NCBI GenBank assembly: GCA_033977065.1 | Contig: JAXCHI010000002.1 | Location: 192,001-256,000, forward strand | Source of the DNA: Candidatus Algichlamydia australiensis | GTDB lineage: Bacteria; Chlamydiota; Chlamydiia; Chlamydiales; JAJFMI01 | DNA: 64,000 nt | Direction: 5' to 3' | Shown here: positions 61,921-64,000 of the stretch, piece by piece | How the letters are laid out: each line of letters opens with the position of its first letter | How positions within the stretch are numbered: position 1 is the stretch's first letter | Notes under the pieces: generated by a model | The model's input: only the letters and a program-made list of their open reading frames with translations | Told to the model about the DNA's origin: nothing | Databases searched by the model: none | Position numbers and translations under genes: made by a program

Positions 61921-61967
61921 GCAGACAGAGACGTCAAATAGGGTGGCGCCTCTGTCTGCGTATTTTT
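61921..61967 (+). terminator. Intrinsic terminator/attenuator between rplL and rpoB
   Basis: GCAGACAGAG / CTCTGTCTGC stem followed by gtattttt. Confidence 0.7.
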
Positions 61968-61998
61968 AATTTTTCATCTCCCAATTGGAGGCATGTCA

Positions 61999-64000
61999 AT
62001 GCTAAAGCGCCCACCTGAACGGGTCAGTTTTCTAAAGAAAGAAGAGATTCTTGACCTTCCGAACTTAATCGAAGTACAGATTAAGTCTTACAAAGAATTT
62101 CTGCAAGCGGATAAACTCCCGCATGAAAGAGATAATCTAGGACTTGAGGAAGTCTTCCGAGAAATCTTCCCAATTAAGTCTTATGATGAAAAAACTATTA
62201 TAGAGTATCTCTCTTACTCTCTCGGTGTGCCAAAATATACTCCCGAAGAGTGTATCCGCCGAGGTATCACGTACAATGTTACGTTAAAGGTAAAATTTCG
62301 TCTAACAGATGAGACAGGCATTAAGGAAGAAGAGGTCTACATGGGCACTCTTCCTGTGATGACACACAAGGGAACCTTTATTATCAATGGTGCCGAGCGT
62401 GTAATCGTCTCTCAACTCCACCGCTCCCCAGGGATCTCTTTTGAAGGAGAGAAACACGCGAAGGGTAACATGCTCTACTCTTTCCGTGTGATTCCTTACC
62501 GCGGTAGCTGGCTTGAGGCAGCTTTTGACAGCAACGACATGATCTATGTCTACATAGATCGCAAAAAGCGTCGCCGAAAAGTATTGGCAACATCTTTTGT
62601 TCGTACTCTTGGTTTCTCAACTGATAGTGATATCATTGAAGAGTTCTTTGATACACATAAAGTGAAAATTCGCTCAGAGAAGGATTTTACAAAGCTTGTT
62701 GGAAAAATTCTCGCTGAAGATGTCGTTGATGAGCAGAGTGGTGTCGTTTATGGCAAAGCTTCTGAAAAAATTACGACTGCCATGCTCAAGCGCATGCACG
62801 ATGCCGGCATTGGGGCGATCCGTATTGCTGAAGATGCGGATGAGACAAGCCCAGTTATTAAGATGCTTGCGAAGGATCCAACGGATTCTTATGAGTCAGC
62901 TTTAAAGGATTTCTATCGCAAAGTTCGTCCGGGTGAACCCGCAACTCTTGCAAATGCGCGCTCCGCTATTATGCGTCTTTTCTTCGATCCTAAACGTTAC
63001 AATTTGGGACGTGTTGGTCGCTACAAGCTCAACCGTAAATTGGGCGTGGAGACAAATGCAGAGGATTTAGAAAAAGTAACCCTTCGTCGTGAAGATATTG
63101 TTCGCGCGTTCAAATATCTAATTGATTTACGCCAAGGACATGAAGATGCTCAAGTTGATGACATTGATCACTTGGCTAACCGTCGTGTGCGTTCTGTAGG
63201 CGAGCTTGTTCAGAATCAGTGCAGAATTGGTCTGTCACGCATGGAGAAAATTATCAAAGAGCGCATGAATCTCTTTGATTTCTCATCTGATACTCTCACA
63301 CCTGGAAAGTTGATCTCAGCAAAAGGTCTGGCTGGTGTTCTAAAGGATTTCTTTGGTCGCTCGCAGCTTTCACAGTTTATGGATCAGACAAACCCGATCT
63401 CTGAACTTACACACAAAAGACGTCTCTCTTCTCTTGGACCTGGTGGTCTAAATAGAGAGCGTGCAGGTTTTGAAGTTCGCGACGTTCACTCAAGTCACTA
63501 TGGTCGTGTCTGTCCAATTGAGACTCCTGAAGGACCAAACATCGGTTTGATTACTTCACTCTCATCTTTTGCAAAAATTAATGAGTTTGGTTTCATTGAA
63601 ACCCCTTACAGAATTGTGAAAGATGGTGTTGTAACAGAAGAGATTGAGTACATGACAGCTGACCAAGAAGAGAAGTGTGTCATTGCGCAGGCCTCTTCTG
63701 TGCTGGATGAATTCAAAATGTTTGAAGAGAAATTCGTTTGGGCACGCCACCGTGGAGATTCGGATAAAATTGAGTCTGCAAAAGTGACCCATATGGATGT
63801 CTCTCCGAAGCAGCTAGTCTCGATTGTTACTGGACTGATTCCCTTTTTGGAGCATGATGATGCGAACCGCGCTTTGATGGGTTCAAACATGCAACGCCAA
63901 GCCGTACCACTTCTCAAACCAGAAGCGCCATATGTAGGAACAGGTCTTGAAAATCGCTGTGCACGCGACTCTGGTGCTGTGATTATCGCAGAAGAAGATG
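61999..64000 (+). CDS. rpoB: RNA polymerase beta subunit (partial, runs off the window; absent from the ORF track)
   Basis: GGAGG then [11 protein letters not shown]...[61 protein letters not shown]. Confidence 0.98.
   Translation, partial: MLKRPPERVSFLKKEEILDLPNLIEVQIKSYKEFLQADKLPHERDNLGLEEVFREIFPIKSYDEKTIIEYLSYSLGVPKYTPEECIRRGITYNVTLKVKFRLTDETGIKEEEVYMGTLPVMTHKGTFIINGAERVIVSQLHRSPGISFEGEKHAKGNMLYSFRVIPYRGSWLEAAFDSNDMIYVYIDRKKRRRKVLATSFVRTLGFSTDSDIIEEFFDTHKVKIRSEKDFTKLVGKILAEDVVDEQSGVVYGKASEKITTAMLKRMHDAGIGAIRIAEDADETSPVIKMLAKDPTDSYESALKDFYRKVRPGEPATLANARSAIMRLFFDPKRYNLGRVGRYKLNRKLGVETNAEDLEKVTLRREDIVRAFKYLIDLRQGHEDAQVDDIDHLANRRVRSVGELVQNQCRIGLSRMEKIIKERMNLFDFSSDTLTPGKLISAKGLAGVLKDFFGRSQLSQFMDQTNPISELTHKRRLSSLGPGGLNRERAGFEVRDVHSSHYGRVCPIETPEGPNIGLITSLSSFAKINEFGFIETPYRIVKDGVVTEEIEYMTADQEEKCVIAQASSVLDEFKMFEEKFVWARHRGDSDKIESAKVTHMDVSPKQLVSIVTGLIPFLEHDDANRALMGSNMQRQAVPLLKPEAPYVGTGLENRCARDSGAVIIAEED

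Overview
This window comes from an environmental member of Chlamydiota. The evidence is the chlamydial ssrA-ileS-lepB neighbourhood, the DUF1207/LOG-like/MYG1/HIT/HEAT block, a MOMP-like protein, and the sufE-infA-tRNAThr-tuf-tRNATrp-secE-nusG-rplKAJL-rpoB block. Core genes alternate with two accessory regions. The first (about 1-15 kb) holds dabAB, a GH64-like secreted protein with a MOMP-like porin, a SET-like protein, SulP, a TetR/flavin monooxygenase pair and tandem ankyrin proteins. The second (about 32-45 kb) holds an APH(9)-like kinase, a racemase, ada, an ABC-F, a methyltransferase, an aldo-keto reductase, a RhuM remnant and a second APH-like gene. The strongest unannotated signal is at least four families of 80-170 bp palindromic elements. 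One is a TA-targeting 165 bp MITE with three near-identical copies, and removing one copy restores a broken SDR C-terminus. Other palindromes sit directly on the 3' ends of tmRNA, tRNA(CAU) and tRNA-Trp, and they either duplicate the RNA's acceptor end or pair with it. Further observations are a candidate translational attenuator ahead of the ABC-F gene, about ten apparently leaderless genes, a frameshifted pyrG, and several small pseudogenes missed by the ORF track. All family assignments come from motif recognition by eye; no database searches were run.
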